Assembly: GCF_009914755.1 (NCBI RefSeq)
Contig: NC_060928.1
Strand: one strand, 5' to 3'
DNA from: the human T2T-CHM13v2.0 reference genome, Homo sapiens
Length of the DNA stretch: 64,000 nt
In this document: in pieces, positions 41,721 through 57,639 of the stretch
Numbering within the stretch: the first letter of the stretch is position 1
Layout: each line of letters starts with the position of its first letter
The notes under the pieces: generated by a model
What the model saw: the letters and a program-made list of their open reading frames with translations, nothing else
The model's database searches: none
Told to the model about the DNA's origin: nothing
Position numbers and translations under genes: made by a program

Positions 41721-42659
41721 AAATCTTGACACTGTGATAGTCTCTGAGACATGTTATTATTTTTTGTTTGTTTTCACCAAGGTAAACTTTCCTTTACCCA
41801 AAACTGTATCCTGGAAATACTATGGAACCAGATCTGAGCTCAAATACTGTTTCTACTTTGTGCTAGTAATTGCTTCTCTCACTTGCCTTTCTTCAAAAAA
41901 TACAGTATTTATGTGTTAATTATTTATTAAATATTGATTCAACTTATATATAGTAAGCATTTTTTTAATAGGCACCTGGCATTAAAGAAGCTGTAAAAAT
42001 CCCTTACTCTCATGGTACTTAAATTTTAATGAGAGGATAAAAATAAACAAGTAAAGAAAATACACATTTTTCTGCTACATTCATTTATTCAAAAATTAAT
42101 TATATTTCTACTCTTTTCCAAGTGCTTCTGGCATTAAAAAACACAGCATACACACAATTACTGCTCTTTAGTGTAAAGAGAGAGACAGAGAGACATAAAT
42201 AAACAATATTCTAGATAATAGTATATGTCGTGAAGAACCATAAAGTTTTGCCAACAACATAGAGAATGGCAAAATTTCTAGGTCAATTGTGTCTTTGAAA
42301 ATCAAGGTTTTAATATTTTACAATATTTAAAATGTTCATTTCAATAAATTAATCTTTGCACATATGTCATTTCAAGGAGGAGGCTTACAAATGTCTGGAG
42401 AAAGTGTTCTAAGCAAAGAAAACAGATACTGAGGCAAGAACAATCTTGTGTTTGTGGAACAGTAAATACAGCAGCACACCAGGAAAAAGGTAAAATAAAA
42501 CTAACACTGGATGATTCAAAACCACATGCAATGATATTCTATGTTTTAATATGATCAACGAACTGTTGTATGCACATTGGAATGGCTCTGTGTAAAAGGG
42601 TGGAGCACGTGGATTCATCTCAAATGAAATAATAATATGTGAAAGATGGTATGAATCCA

Positions 42660-42885
42660 ATGGCTGAATTTGAATTCTGGCTCTACTATTTACTAGCTGT
42701 TTGACCTCTTTAGGCAAGTTACTTAACCTCTCTGTGTCCAAATCCCTCATGTGTAAAATGGGGTAAACAAATACACTTATTTTATCTCAGAAGGTTGTAA
42801 GGAGTAGAAAAGATAATACATGTAACATTAATTAGTACAGGGTCTGCCATGGAGTAACTACTCAATAATGATTACTTATTATTAA
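42660..42885 (+). mobile_element. MIR SINE
   Basis: 'tgaattctggctctactatttactagctg..ggcaagttacttaacctctctgtg..tgtaaaatgggg'. Confidence 0.88.
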
Positions 42886-43039
42886 GATATTAATAGCAGT
42901 ATAATGATAGTAGGATCCTATACACATTTTTATCCTATATATTTTGTTGTTTTATATTTTTAAAAAATCCAGTTGCTTGGGCTGATTCTATCCTTTAAGG
43001 ACGTTGGGTTTCTTTATCATCTTCCTAATAAAATACAGT

Positions 43040-43798
43040 AGGCTGAATGCTTATACAGCAGAAATGTATTTCCTCACAGTTCTGAAGGCTAGAAGTCCAA
43101 GATAAGAGTGCCAGCATGGTTCTGGTGAGGGCTCTCTTCCAGGTGTATAGAACCTTACCTTCTCACTGTGTCCACAAGAAAGAGAAAGAGAGAGGGAGAG
43201 AAAGAGAGAGACAGAGCAAGAGAGAGAGAGAGAGAGAAGAGTGATCTGATGTCTTTTCTTGTGAGGTCCCCAATCCTATCATGATGGTCTTTCTCAATGC
43301 ATTTGTGCTGCTATAACAGAATACCTAAGACTGAGTAACTTATAAAGAAAAGAACATTATTTTCCTATTTTCCACAGTGCTGGAGACTAGGAGGTTCAAG
43401 ATCAGAGTGCCAGCAGATTCAGTGTCTGGTGAGGGCTGCTGTCTGCTTCCAAGATGGGGCTTGTTGATGCATCCTCTGAAGCTGATTAATGCTGTGTCTT
43501 CATATGACAGAAGGAACAGAAGGGGTAATTTTTTTCCCTCAAGTACTTTTACAAGACACTAATCCATTCATGGCTTAATCACCTCCTAAAGGCCTCACTT
43601 CTGAATACTCTCGCATTAGGGATTAAGATTCAGCATGAGTCTTGGAGGAAACACAAACATTCAGGTCATAGCAGGGGATCACCCTCCTGACCTCATTTAA
43701 ATTTAATTACCTCTTAAAAGTCACTTCTGCAAATCCTATGGCGTAGGTGTTTAGGACTTCAGCCTATATGAATTTGGGGACACAATTTGGTCCATAGC
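43040..43798 (-). mobile_element. MLT1-type LTR with a nested MST/MLT1A-type LTR (~43290-43672) and (GA)n tract (43178-43240)
   Basis: Two 'cacagt..tggag/aggctagaagt.caagat..gtgccagca..ttc..tggtgagggct' modules; ends 'tcaggtcatagca' and 'ggtccatagca'. Confidence 0.8.
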
Positions 43799-44599
43799 AA
43801 TTATAAATGTGTTAAAATGAATTATAGGCCCCAATACTGGTTTCTTTGTAATATTATGCATCAACACCCAATGCTCTTCCTTGTTTATTGACTTTGAGCT
43901 TGACCACATAAACAACTTTGAACAATACAATTGAGATGATGTTAGTCCAGTAATGCTAGTAAAGATATTGCTGAGAAATGTGACAGAAGATACAAAAATA
44001 AATTTAAATCATAGGGCATATTAAGCATATGAGTTCTTCTAAACCAATTAAATGATTTTTTCATCAAAACAATCATCAGTATGATTTATCAGAGTCATTC
44101 TAAGAACTGTTGGTGATATGGAAGAAGGATGTGAAAGCAGACTGGGAAACGAGTTCCATTGCAGGGGCATAGATGTAGGAAACATGTATTCCAGGTGTAG
44201 ATCAGAAAAAAATGGTAAATAGAGAGATTTCAGTAGATGGCTTGGATGGTTTAGTGATTAACCTTTTTTTTGGAAAGGGAGAAGAAGATAATGCAAAAAT
44301 TTCTCACAAGAATAACTTAATAATAATGTTGTTATTAAAGAAATAGGAGTCAGAAAAAAAAGGGCTAGGTTGTGGATATGCAAAATTGTGGCAGAAATGA
44401 CTGACTTTAAAATTTATATTAGACTATTAATACTGACCAGTATTAAAATGTCTTAAAATTATAATGTCAAAATAAAATATCATAACACTTCTAATGCACT
44501 TAAAAATATTATCCACATAATACAGGAGTCTTTTACAGATGAGAATGCCTAGAAATGTTGTCACTGGGAATAGTCATTAAACTGTTATAAAGGATGGCT

Positions 44600-44909
44600 G
44601 GTCAGGCTCGGTGGTTCATGCCTGCAATCCCAGCACTTTGGCAGGCCAAAATGGGAAGATTGCTTTAGGCCAGGAGCTGGAGATCAGCTGGCAATGTAGT
44701 TAAACAGCAATGTGTTGAAGCCCTGTCTACCAAAGCAAAGAAAGCGGGGCAAGGTAGTGTACGCCTATAGTCCTAGCTACTTAGGAGACTGAGAGGGAAG
44801 GATCTCTGGACTCCAGAAATTCAAGATGTACCATTAGCTATGATCATGTCACTGCACTCCAGCCTGGGTGACACAGTGAGAACCTGGATCAAAAAAAAAA
44901 AAAAAAAAA
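44600..44909 (+). mobile_element. AluJ SINE
   Basis: 'gattgctttaggccaggagc', 'agctatgatcatgtcactgcactccagcc', poly-A. Confidence 0.9.
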
Positions 44910-45582
44910 GATGATGACACAGTTCTAAATTAGACCAGGGGATTAGAAATGTTATTATTTTGTTACTTAGTGAATTAAGAATAAAGTCTTTAATGATCAA
45001 GGTCAATAAATAAAAATAAATAAACAATTATTTCTATATTTCTAGCATGGCTATGTTGCAAGGATTTACAGTTTTAGAATTTGTATGCTTATTTTCATAA
45101 GAGTGTCATGGATGGCTTACAGCCTGGAAGATCAGGCCTCTAAAAGCTCAAATCTGGCTTCACTACATACAGATTTTAATTGTTTGGCAAAGAAAAAGGT
45201 AATACACACTTCACATATTGTTTGAAGCTAAATTTAGTCTTCACAGGTTTAGAACATTGCATTAGCTCAATAAACTTGAATCAACAATTCATAGTTTTCA
45301 ATGAAGGCTAAACTACTTGCTCAGAAGTCAACATTCCTGGGTAGTTTAATTCTGGATGTGTTTCACTAGTGTTTCTCAAAATATTCATGGGAAAGAGGGG
45401 CACAAAAATCATCAAAGCTCCTGAACTGGATACTGCAAAACAAATGAGAATATTACATACTACAGGAAGCAATATACTGTGTTACATAAAGTATGAATTT
45501 GATAATAATCATAGCTATAGATTTAAAATAGACATGTATTGAACAATTTTACAATGATAGGTAATATGCTAAGCACTTTATT

Positions 45583-46040
45583 GAAGCACTATTTACTATA
45601 GTAAAGACTTGGAACCAACCCAAATACCCATCAATGATAGACTGTATAAAGAAAATGTGGCACATATAAGGCCATGGAATACTATGCAGCCACAAAAAGG
45701 AATGAATTCATGTCCTTTGCAGGGACATGGATGAAGCTGGAAGCCATCATTCTCAGCAAACTAACACAGGAACAGAAAATAAAATACTGCATGTTCTCAC
45801 TCATAAATGGGAGTTGAACAATGACAACACATGGACACAGGGAGGGGAACATCACACACCAGGCCCTCTTGGGGGTGGGGGGCAAGGGGAGGGAGAGCAT
45901 TAGGATAAATACCTAATGCATGCAGGGCTTAAAACCTAGATGACGTGTTGATAGGTGCAGCAAACCACCATGGCACATGTATTCCTATGTAACAAATCTG
46001 CACCTTCTGCACATGTATCCCAGAACTTAAAGTAAAAATA
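45583..46040 (+). mobile_element. L1PA7/8-like 3' end
   Basis: 'gacttggaaccaacccaaa', 'tgcagggacatggatgaagctggaa', 'cccagaacttaaagta', (AAT)n tail. Confidence 0.93.
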
Positions 46041-47454
46041 ATAATAATAATAAAATTTAAAAAAATATATAAACCTAATTTTTATTTTTATTTTATATCT
46101 CAAAATGTAAATACTGCTTTTTGCTCCTGTTATAGGGAAACTGAAGCAAACTAAGGCAAGTAACTTGACTGAGGAAGCAGGAGAAAGTGGCAGAGGCAGA
46201 CATTAACTCAAAAGCTCTGGTTTTATTGTAGTTTTTTTTTTCTTTTTTGAAGGACTACATTGTAGTCATTCTTAACCACTATTCTGTATTGCTATATGTA
46301 TCTAAATATGACAATTATATGAATAAAATAATTACTTCATTATTTGTCAGTATATAGCGCTTTAGGAGAGATTTTCTAGGGAAAACCTAAAGCAAATCAT
46401 TAAAAGAAGAAATAAAATCTTTATTAATTTTATATTGCTTGTTAACTTCAACAATAAATGCTGTGCTATTGAAAGGCAGCAAATGGAAAATGGTGATGCT
46501 TCTATTCTAATTTGAAAAGCAATGTACAATGAAAGGCTAATGCAGGCTTTTAAATGATTAGCGACAAGCAAATATATATAGAATACATATGTAATGCAAT
46601 CAGTGAACATGATAGTAAGAAAATGGCTAAACAATTGACTTTAGAAAGGGTCTAAAAAGAGAGAAATATGCTGCATGTGGAGGGAAAGAAATAGAGGAGA
46701 AGGACTCACTAAAAAATAAAAAAGTGATAACACTAGACATGAGACAATTGGTGCATGAAGACAAAACAGAGCCTTTATAAATTCTCATTTATTTTTAGGT
46801 CATTCAAACAGTATATGTGTGTGTGAAACTTTATATATATTATATATACATATATATATAGTATCTACATAAAAATAGAAAATTAGTTCAGGATTTAGAG
46901 GTGATAAAGGAAAAACCCTAGTACTGAAAAGATAGACACAGGTTTTTAGAAGAAACAAAAATAGTCACATTTCAAAAGGCTTTAAGGAGCAAGATAGAAA
47001 GGAGTACAAGATAGAAAGTGAACACATTGAATGAAATGATCTTAAAATGAATGTGAAAGCCATCTGCACAGTATCTATAAATATCTATATCTTGCTCATT
47101 TTTTAGTTGATGTGATAGAGTTTTAGGTGTGCATAAATAATAAGCGTGGGTTTATTCTTCATCTACAGCTCAGGCATATCCTTTTCAGATATTTTATTAT
47201 ATTTTTTTCAATGTTGAAATTGTATATTTTATTCCAAAGCATCTTCAGATACATTCCATCTGGATATTATTTAAAGACTACCCAAAATATTCATGAAGGT
47301 AAATAGTATTTACTGATATCTGCTAATAAAATTATAAAAATAAGTATTAATATTTTAGTACATGTCCATCTCTTTAATGCCAATTCCCATTAAATGGTTT
47401 TCCATAAAAACAGTCCATTTCTCTACCCTTTAGAATATATTTTATGTTTGTGAT

Positions 47455-47970
47455 TTTAAAAATTTAATAGATTGTTACAGCAATTTAGGCTTATGGAAAT
47501 ACTGAACAAAGTGCAGAGTTACCCTTATTCCCATATACCTCTTGCCTATGTCTCACACACAATTTCTTCTAGTTTGAACATCTTGCATGAATGTGGTACA
47601 TTTTTTACAATTGAAGAATCCAGTGAATAACACATTGTTATTCACTAAGTTGTCAGGTTACTTCAGAATTCTCTCTTTTTATTGTGCAGTTCTATGGGTT
47701 TTGACAATGCATAACTTCATGTATCCATCGTATCATGCAGAATAATTTCATTTCCTCAAAACTCCCATATGGCCTATCTATTCATCCTGCTCCTCCTTGC
47801 CCCAGAACCCCTGGAAATTAGTGATCTTTTCATTTTCTGTTTGTTTTTTTCTATTTCCAGGATGTCATGTAGATTAAATAATATAGTATGTAGTCTTTTC
47901 AAATTGGCTTTTTTCTTCTTCACTTAACAATATATCCCATGGCTCTTCCATGTCTTTACATGGCTCATGG
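47455..47970 (-). mobile_element. L1MC/MD 3'UTR fragment
   Basis: 'gtggtacattttttacaattga', 'ttctatgggttttgaca', 'ccccagaacccctgg'. Confidence 0.8.
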
Positions 47971-49564
47971 GTCATGTTTTGTGTTTTTTTTTTTTCAGTA
48001 GAAAAATTTAATACTAGAGAAATTCATTCACTTCAGTAACTTTTCTCCTCAGAGATGGACGGAACCACATTTTTCTCATAGAAAATAAAAAAAAAACTTA
48101 AGCTATATTTTGACTTTTGAAAGTTAAATTATACCATTGCATACTCTTTGAGCAACTTATATATGTTGAAGGGAGTGGAATTATCAAGTATTTCAGGATC
48201 ATGATGTAAAACTGTCAACATTTGGTTTATTAGACATTGATTGTTATTTTATTAGAAATTGTTAACTTAATCTCAGAGATTGTGTTTATCATTTATAATT
48301 ATATTTTAAGATCTAGAGTAAAATTCATGTTTTTGATGGTGTACAAACATACATATCTTCCTTGATACATGTGGCTCTCCTTGATTTGTTTTCATTCCTA
48401 TATGCTGTCCCATTTTATTCATGTAACCATAAATCTATTCTTCTTTTAATTGATTTTTTACTGTTGTTTGCCTTCTCTTCATTACAATGAATAAACATAT
48501 ATATGCTTTATTGTTAAAATGTGAATATATCTCCTGGAGTTCAATTGATTTGCCAGACTTTTCTATATTTTTTTCAACTGGATGAGTATAAATGATATTT
48601 TATCATGATTGAAATTTGTACATAGCTTTTTATTAGTGATGTTAATAATAAGTTCTTATATGTATTGGCAATTTGAATTTCCCCTTTTGCCAATTTTTGG
48701 CTCTTACAGGAATTTTTAATATGTGTTTTCTGCAATAATCCATTGTTCTTTTGAGATTTTAACAAGTTGAGGAATTCTCTTCCACTTCTAGTTTGCTAAA
48801 AGTCTTTTAAAAACATATTGAATGCCTTTGCTAGATTTGCTTTGCAATGTATATGAGACATAGAGGTAGGTAATTATCTGTGAGATCAGCTTAAAATTTC
48901 TATTTCATACATTTTAAAGCTGGTTTTGTTGCAAGGTTATACAGAATCTCCCCCAAAATTGAAGAAAATCTTCTATCTTTCTATTCCCAGATTTTCTTTT
49001 CCAATAGTAATTCTTTGAATGTTTGGAAATCTGCCATGTAAGATATTTTAGCCAGTTTTCTGTAAGTTTTTCTAATACATTTAGTTACTTTTATAGTTAC
49101 ATTTATTTTGCAATTTTCTACTTATTATCCCCACTTTGATAAATGTTTTTCTATAAAATCAACAATTTTGTTTTCCATTTGTTTCCATTGTATAGCATAC
49201 AGTTTTCATCTAAAGTCCTTTGTGCTTTTACTTATGCCCATTTTTACTCTTATATTATTTATTTATGCCTTTGTTTTTTCTCTTGTCTGCTTTTGCTTTT
49301 CATAGACAGCTATCATTCTGTTCTTTTTATTATATTGTTATTTTCTATTGGTTTCTTTGTATTATTTTTCATTTGCCATTATTCCTACCATCCTCCCAAT
49401 GAATTCATGGAAACTACAAAGCCTTAGCACTGACAACATTTCAACTTTTTTTTTTCTTGTCTAGTGTTTGAATTTCACCTTATGTTTCAACCTCTAAAGT
49501 ATTAATTATTTTTGTTATTATATTCAGTGGTCACTTATATGAATGAATCAGTTTATTTCCTCTT

Positions 49565-49750
49565 AGTGATAGCTGTTGTTTGGGGTGGGGGTGGAGAGAA
49601 ACTCTGAATTATAAGATTTTCTGACATTATTGGTGTAAATACGCACAACATGGCCAATTTTAAGCTCCAGATGCTTTAACAATTGCTTAGCAAAAGTCCT
49701 GGAAATAATATATTCTTGCAAGATGATGTGAGCAAGATCTTGCACAGTAG
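49565..49750. mobile_element. MER63-like hAT DNA transposon fragment
   Basis: 'tgtaaatacgcacaacatggccaattttaagct' resembles recalled MER63 core. Confidence 0.5.
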
Positions 49751-50016
49751 TCTTTGCTATCTATTCATTTATTTTTTCCTTCTAGAAACAATTTTCTCTT
49801 TGAACTAAAATCTTTAATATTAAATATCTTTACTATAATATTTAATATTTGGTCATAGAGATAAATTTGTGAGGCTAGATATGATTATTTCCATTATTTA
49901 TAAGTAAATAAAGATGTCTGAAACATAAATAATATGATCCATATCTTGAAGTTAAAAATCATAGAGTTGAGTCTTAAAGCAAATTTCGATTTCCATCCTT
50001 TTTTTTTTTAACCACA

Positions 50017-50382
50017 TATCATAGTCTGAAAGATTGCATCCACAAAATTTGCATGTTGAAACCTAATCGCAAGTGATTAGATTAGGAGTAGTGTTTTTGT
50101 GCGGTAATTAGATCATGAGGACAGTGCCTTCATATACGGAATTATAAAAGCCTTAATAAAAGGGGCTTCAGAGAGAGACCGCTTGCCCCTTCTGCTATGT
50201 GAGAAAACAGCAAGAAGGTACTATCTATTAACCAATAACTGGGGTCCTTACCAGACAGTGAATCTGCTGGCACGTTGGTTTTGGACTTTCCAGCTTCCAA
50301 AATTATGAAAAATAAATTTCTGTTGTTTATAAGCTACCCAGTCTATGTTATTTTGTTATAGTAGCCTAAATGAACTGAGACA
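50017..50382 (+). mobile_element. MLT1A-type MaLR LTR
   Basis: 'catgttgaaacctaatc', 'gaatctgctggcac..ttggactttccagc', ends 'gcctaaatgaactgagaca'. Confidence 0.88.
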
Positions 50383-50882
50383 CCATATTCACTTTTCTGA
50401 CACGTGATTATACCTTGCATAAATAGATTTACCTAACTAGGTCCCAGTCCTTACCTACCAAATATCTGTCACCAAGCATTGCTTTGAATAATTGCAATTC
50501 CAATCTGCTAAGATTGTAATACAGTATAGTAATTACTGCTTTATATGCAAATGTTTCCACTTTTATTCACTTGAAAAGCCTGTTTCATATTTAATCAGCC
50601 TGGCCATTGTTAAATATCATAAATAAAGTTAGACTCATTTACTCATCACACTCTTAATGGTATCAATATTCCAGAAGATAATAGAGTCATTATTGTCACT
50701 GACACCAATTAATCCTTATTAAACACCCACTGAGTGCCTGTTACTAAACAGAACGCAGAATAGAAGGTACTTAGTGAAAAGTATGAATAAGTTAAAATTT
50801 TAGTTCATACAATCAAGCATTATAAAGTGATATGCAGTATCATAATAAAAAGTGCCACACTCAACTTAGGTCTCGAATTGAA

Positions 50883-51660
<778 letters not shown>

Positions 51661-51687
51661 ATAGCTTTAAAAATTATTCTGTCCTCT

Positions 51688-51985
51688 GCATGGCGTAGTG
51701 GCTCACGCCTGTAATCCCAGAACTTTTGGAGGCCGAGGCAGGTGGATCATTATGTCAGGGGTTCAAGACCAGCCTGGCCAAGATGGTGAAACCCCATCTC
51801 TACTAAAAATACAAAAAATTAGCTGGTCACTGTTGCATGCGCCTGTAATTCCAGGCCGAGGCAGGAGAATCGCTTGAACTCGGAGTGCAGAGGTTGCAGT
51901 GAGCCGACATCATGCCACTGCACTCTTGCACTCCAGCCTGGGCGACAGAGTGAGACTCTGTCTCAAAAAAAAAGAAGAAAAAAAA
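51688..51985 (+). mobile_element. AluS SINE with a small right-arm deletion and 8-bp duplication
   Basis: 'gtaattccaggccgaggcagg', 'tgcactcttgcactcc'; TSD-like attctgtcctc. Confidence 0.92.
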
Positions 51986-53199
51986 TTCTGTCCTCGTGAT
52001 ATTTTTTCATGAACTGTTTTGGTTATTGGTTTTTTGTTTGTTAGTTTTATATTTCCATTTATATACATGTATGTGCTTTCTATTTATTGTGGTGTTTATA
52101 ATCTTTTGATTGTTCCATAAGATTACTTCATATACTTTTGGAATATATTTAAACCTCTATTTCTTGATTAATGTCAGACAGTGCTGATAGAAACACTGAT
52201 ATAAAAAAATGAGGGAAGGAACACATATTTTTCCCATTGTTATTATTCATGCTTCCTCTCTTGATTTAGGTTATTTATATTATTAATTTAAAATATTCAA
52301 ATAATTTTATATAATGTTTCATAAAACTTTGAAATAAAATTTAACTTATTTGCATACTTAATTTTTTATACATTTCCACCTTATATAATTAAGGAAATTA
52401 ATACACCTATACCTTCTCCTATCTACTATAATTATTTCATAATGTTTGTTCATTTTTGCATTCAGAACTTTATCATATTTGATATCATATTTTTTCCATA
52501 TTCTTATAATACTTGATACCACATTTTTGCATACACATGTTCAATTTTTCCACTAGTGATATTGCAAAACAGCCATTGTGACACATAGCTGCCACATTTA
52601 TTTCTTGGTTTTGTTAATTCTATTCTGCAATATTTTCTCCCTGAGTAAGGCTATGTATGTATTTTTCATGTTCATAAATAGCTGCATATTCTCTATATTT
52701 GAATCACTAGGTAGCTGTAGATAAATATCATAAATCATATTTCCATTACCTAAGACTGTTTTAGGACATTTCTGTTATCCTAAGCAACTGGATACTGACA
52801 GTGTAACTTCATCCAGCAGCCACTACCCTCACTCCCACTCTAACCTAGCCCACACCTAAACCTCATAGGAAACGGAAATTTTAGGCCTGGATAACAGAGT
52901 GTTTCTATTTTCTAAATACATAACTAGGATATGTTTTGTGTAGATAGTCAAATTATTTTGGAATAATAAAGTGAGATATTTCAGAAAATAATATCAATAC
53001 ATTCTTCAAGGAAAATAATTCTCTTTTTCAGTATTTTATTTTCCATTCATTAGGTAGTAATTTTGATTTTGTATAAACCAACCTCTCATTGTGTTCTCAC
53101 CACATTTTACATCCTTTTTTTTTATTAAACTAATCTTTGATAATTTGGCTGCAGTCTTCTTGATAATCTTAAACCTTTTCCTCATCTAATAAACAGTGC

Positions 53200-53264
53200 T
53201 ATGTATATATACACACAACATGTATATGTTATATATATACAAAATATATAATATATATATTTTT

Positions 53265-53292
<28 letters not shown>
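53200..53292. repeat. (TA)n-rich tract
   Basis: Interrupted TA runs. Confidence 0.9.
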
Positions 53293-53296
<4 letters not shown>

Positions 53297-54275
53297 CTTC
53301 TACTCACAGGTAAAGTGATATTTTTGATGTCTGAGTTATATTTTTCCTAAGTTTGTTGTTAAGGAAATTTGATCTCAATTTAATCTAATTATATTATTTT
53401 AATATTTTCTTTTGCGCTAGTTTTATTATACTTTGATCATTTAATTTTTTATAATATAAATGACTTTTATATTATTACTTCCAGCTTGGATTATCACAAA
53501 ATATTATGTAGAAGAAGTAATACTTATTTGTGCTAGTTGAATAGAAATTGAAAATAGAAATGAGGAACTTTTCCTTATACTTATTTCTATAACTTTTTCT
53601 TATTCACAGAAAAGAAAAATAAAATATGGCAAATATGTAGGAAATCAATGAGTCAAGTAGGAGTAATGAAAAATTGAATAGCATCATATGATAATAGTGT
53701 AGAGTTTACGAAGGGACTCCATGGAAGTAGGTTTGAAGTTGTTGATGGAGATTGTGGATGTTTTTGAATACAGATTAATTTGTTTTTATTTTAGCATGTA
53801 TGTATAAGAAACTCAATAACGGTTTATAAAGAAAAAGTTACATAACTAGATCAATTGTTTACAGATAATATCAGATAGTAAATGTAATATACACATTGAC
53901 AGAAAGAGAGGAAAATAGATTCAAAGTAATATCAGCATTCCAGTTTTTTCTAAGTTAAACAAAATGAGGGTCAAAATATTAAAATAACTGCAAATGTAAT
54001 AAAGAGAAAGTTAAGAGAGATAGAGGTAAAAGTTAATGGGATTTGACAAGCTTTTTGTTAAAGAAATTAGATTTTTTTTTTAAGTGATACACATTTGAAC
54101 AGTGGATTTGGGGTAATTTAATCAATTATATCTTCCCCTGTGCTGATTCTTATTAAATTTCTCCTTTTAAAAGACACCACATTTTATCTCAATATCCTCA
54201 TGTGAAATAGAAAAAATAATATTATAACTCATAAGGTTTTGGATAAAACCCCAAAGAGCTGGTGAAGAGATGTAA

Positions 54276-54736
<461 letters not shown>

Positions 54737-57639
54737 TAGCATTAATTAAGCATCTCTTATTTCAGTTTATGCTGTATTCAAACTAAGAGTTAATAGTTGG
54801 AAACAATGTTATGAAAAAATACACAGCTTCTCGCCATATTAAAAGTAAAATTGTAGAAAAGTGAAAGTGTATTATAAATGGATGATGTGCATTCTAAGAC
54901 TCTCCTTCCATATTATAAAAAGATGGGAATGGTCTAATTGATTTCAGTTATTCCTGGTAGCATTAAATTCTATTATATTCTGATGGCAGTACATAAGCCA
55001 TTAGAATAAAACACAACTAACCTCTCTAAATCGTTTGAATTCTTGTAAAGAATTTCTAAATGCATGAGAGTATAATGTGTCTGTTTCCTAAAGTGTCAAT
55101 GTTAACACTTTAACTTTCAGTACCAAAGAATATGTATACTACTATTCTGGATGGCAGGAAACAAGATTAAGCATGTTTATTTTAAAAGCCTATTGAGTAT
55201 TGAAGGAAAAAAAGCTTTGCCATAAGTAGAATCAATTTGAGTTTCTTTATATACTGAGCATACATTTTAGTCACAGGGAAGTTTGCATAATTTTCTTGTG
55301 CTAATATATTGTAAAATGAAAGGCATAGCATTGTTTATAGAAAGCCTTAAAAGCCACAAACAGCATTTATGTGGCTAACAAAAGGTTCTTTCTTTCCATG
55401 AAACATTTGAAATTTTCAAGAGTATACAAAGTTAAAGTTAATATAAAGTGTTTCTATTTACCATATTATTTTACCCTTCTGTTATGGTGCTTCCATGAAC
55501 TGTCATAAGATGTGAGAAGCAAAGAAGATAATTACTGAAAAATGATTGAAATTCTAGATTTCATGCCAGTATAAATGGTGTCAGGTACATATGCTTAAAC
55601 TTACTCCAAAGACTTAAGTTTAAATAGATTTATTCTCATTTTTTAATGAGAATTTATAACTCACAATTTAGCATTTTGTCTTTATAATTTATGTAAAATA
55701 ATATAGTAAGAATGGTAGGTGAGCTGAAATGTAGGTCAAGCAATAATTCAAATGAAGAGAGTTCTGAAAAATTACAAAATCAATGATTAAGGTAGAGATA
55801 AAATTATTTGTCAAAGGAACTTCAAAGATGGATTATCTTTGCTCAAGCTCTCTTTCTCTGTTGCAATAGAAGAATATTTCTACTAATTAATCATGTCAAT
55901 AAATCTTTCAATTAATCATGTTAAAATTTATTCTTAATTTTTTCACTAAACATATAAAAGGCAGTATCTTTCAAAACTATAAAAATAAGTCAGCATTGTT
56001 CAGTGAAGTATTCTGATTTTGTTTTGATTTTTATTACAGTGATTTTTGACATGTTCAATAATTTAATTTTGGGAATACATGTTCATAAAATCTTTCACAA
56101 AAGACTACAATCATGGAGGATACATCTTACTTTAATTAATAGAACAAGATTCCATCTAAGTGGATAATTTTAATATATAGGAAACATTTTCCTCTAGCAA
56201 GTACCTGGTTATTTGTATTTTCTTTTCATCATTATTATTAAACAAAATAAAATCAACAACATTTATTAAATGCTTATTTTATTATAGCACTCTCTTAAGA
56301 AGTTGAATAAAGTAAAGGAAATATATATGATTCTTGTTCAATTTTAAAAGTTTAATATAATCAACACTTATAAAACTGCATGCATATATATATATATAAA
56401 ATGAAAAGTTAGCATTACCCTAAATATTTATATTACATGCCAGCAGTTAAATCAATATTATCTTAAGGGAATAGGTTGGAAGCCAGGCAGCTTGGTGCCT
56501 GTTGCTATATCCATCTTACTTTGAGATATAGGATATTGTTTGAACTTTGTTAGGAAAGAATGCTTCAACTTTATTAAGTCAATAACATAAACTCAGTATT
56601 TTTCCAGTGATCAAGTCTACTGTTCATCTGACTTGAGCATATCTTTGTTCTTTTATTTTTTAATTTTAAAACAAAATCATTTTAATTAAAAATTAATAAT
56701 AAATAAAATAAATATTTTAATTATAAATTAATAAACTATCTCAATTTTAGTCATAATTTGCATTTTCCACTAACACACACTTGTCTGATATTGTGAAAGT
56801 ATTCCTCGACATTTGATACAATTACTACTTTTGACTTCTGACTTAAAATGCCTGCTATGATTGCCTACTTCCTCCATGGTATAGCTGTTTCTTCTCAAGA
56901 ATGCTGGATGGTTTATGGTATGTTTGGTTTCAGAAAAGATAGGCTCAAAATTATGTAACTTTTACTCACAGGGTCCAAAGTTTTATTGCTGATGAACTAT
57001 GAATCAGACAAGTGTTCTATCAGGAGGAGTTTAGGCAACAATATGTTTAGCGAAAAGGATATTTAGGGTGACAAAATATATACATAATACAGTAATGAAT
57101 TAAAATTACTTTTTTGTTGCATGATCACATAGAATATTGTGATAGTAATCTCATAGTCTCAATTATGAAAAAATATACTTTTAATATATAGTAATGTATT
57201 ATAAACTGTTATTTTTCACTTTCTTTTTAAAATAAATGTGATATTATTGAATTGTATTGTCTTCCTTCAGTCATACATAAATTATTAATATTTTTGTTTA
57301 GAATTTAACAGTACACCAGAGGTTCATGGGGTCTGTGAGCTCACTCAAAAAGTCCCTCGAACTGCACATTGTCAAAGTATAGGAATTATGAGATTCCCTC
57401 CCAGAAGTGAATCCATAGAATTCAATATATTTTGAAAAAGGTCCTGCATTAAAAATTAAATTGAGAACCTTGCTTAAAAAAGTTGCAAGCCAAAGTTTGA
57501 CATCTAAACCCTGAAACAAGGAGAATATTGCAATATAAGTAAATATTGCTATCTCTGAATTATTTAAAATGAAATTAGAAATACAATAAAAAGGAAGAAA
57601 ATACCAAAAAGGAAATCTAAAAGATACGTAACAAAATTA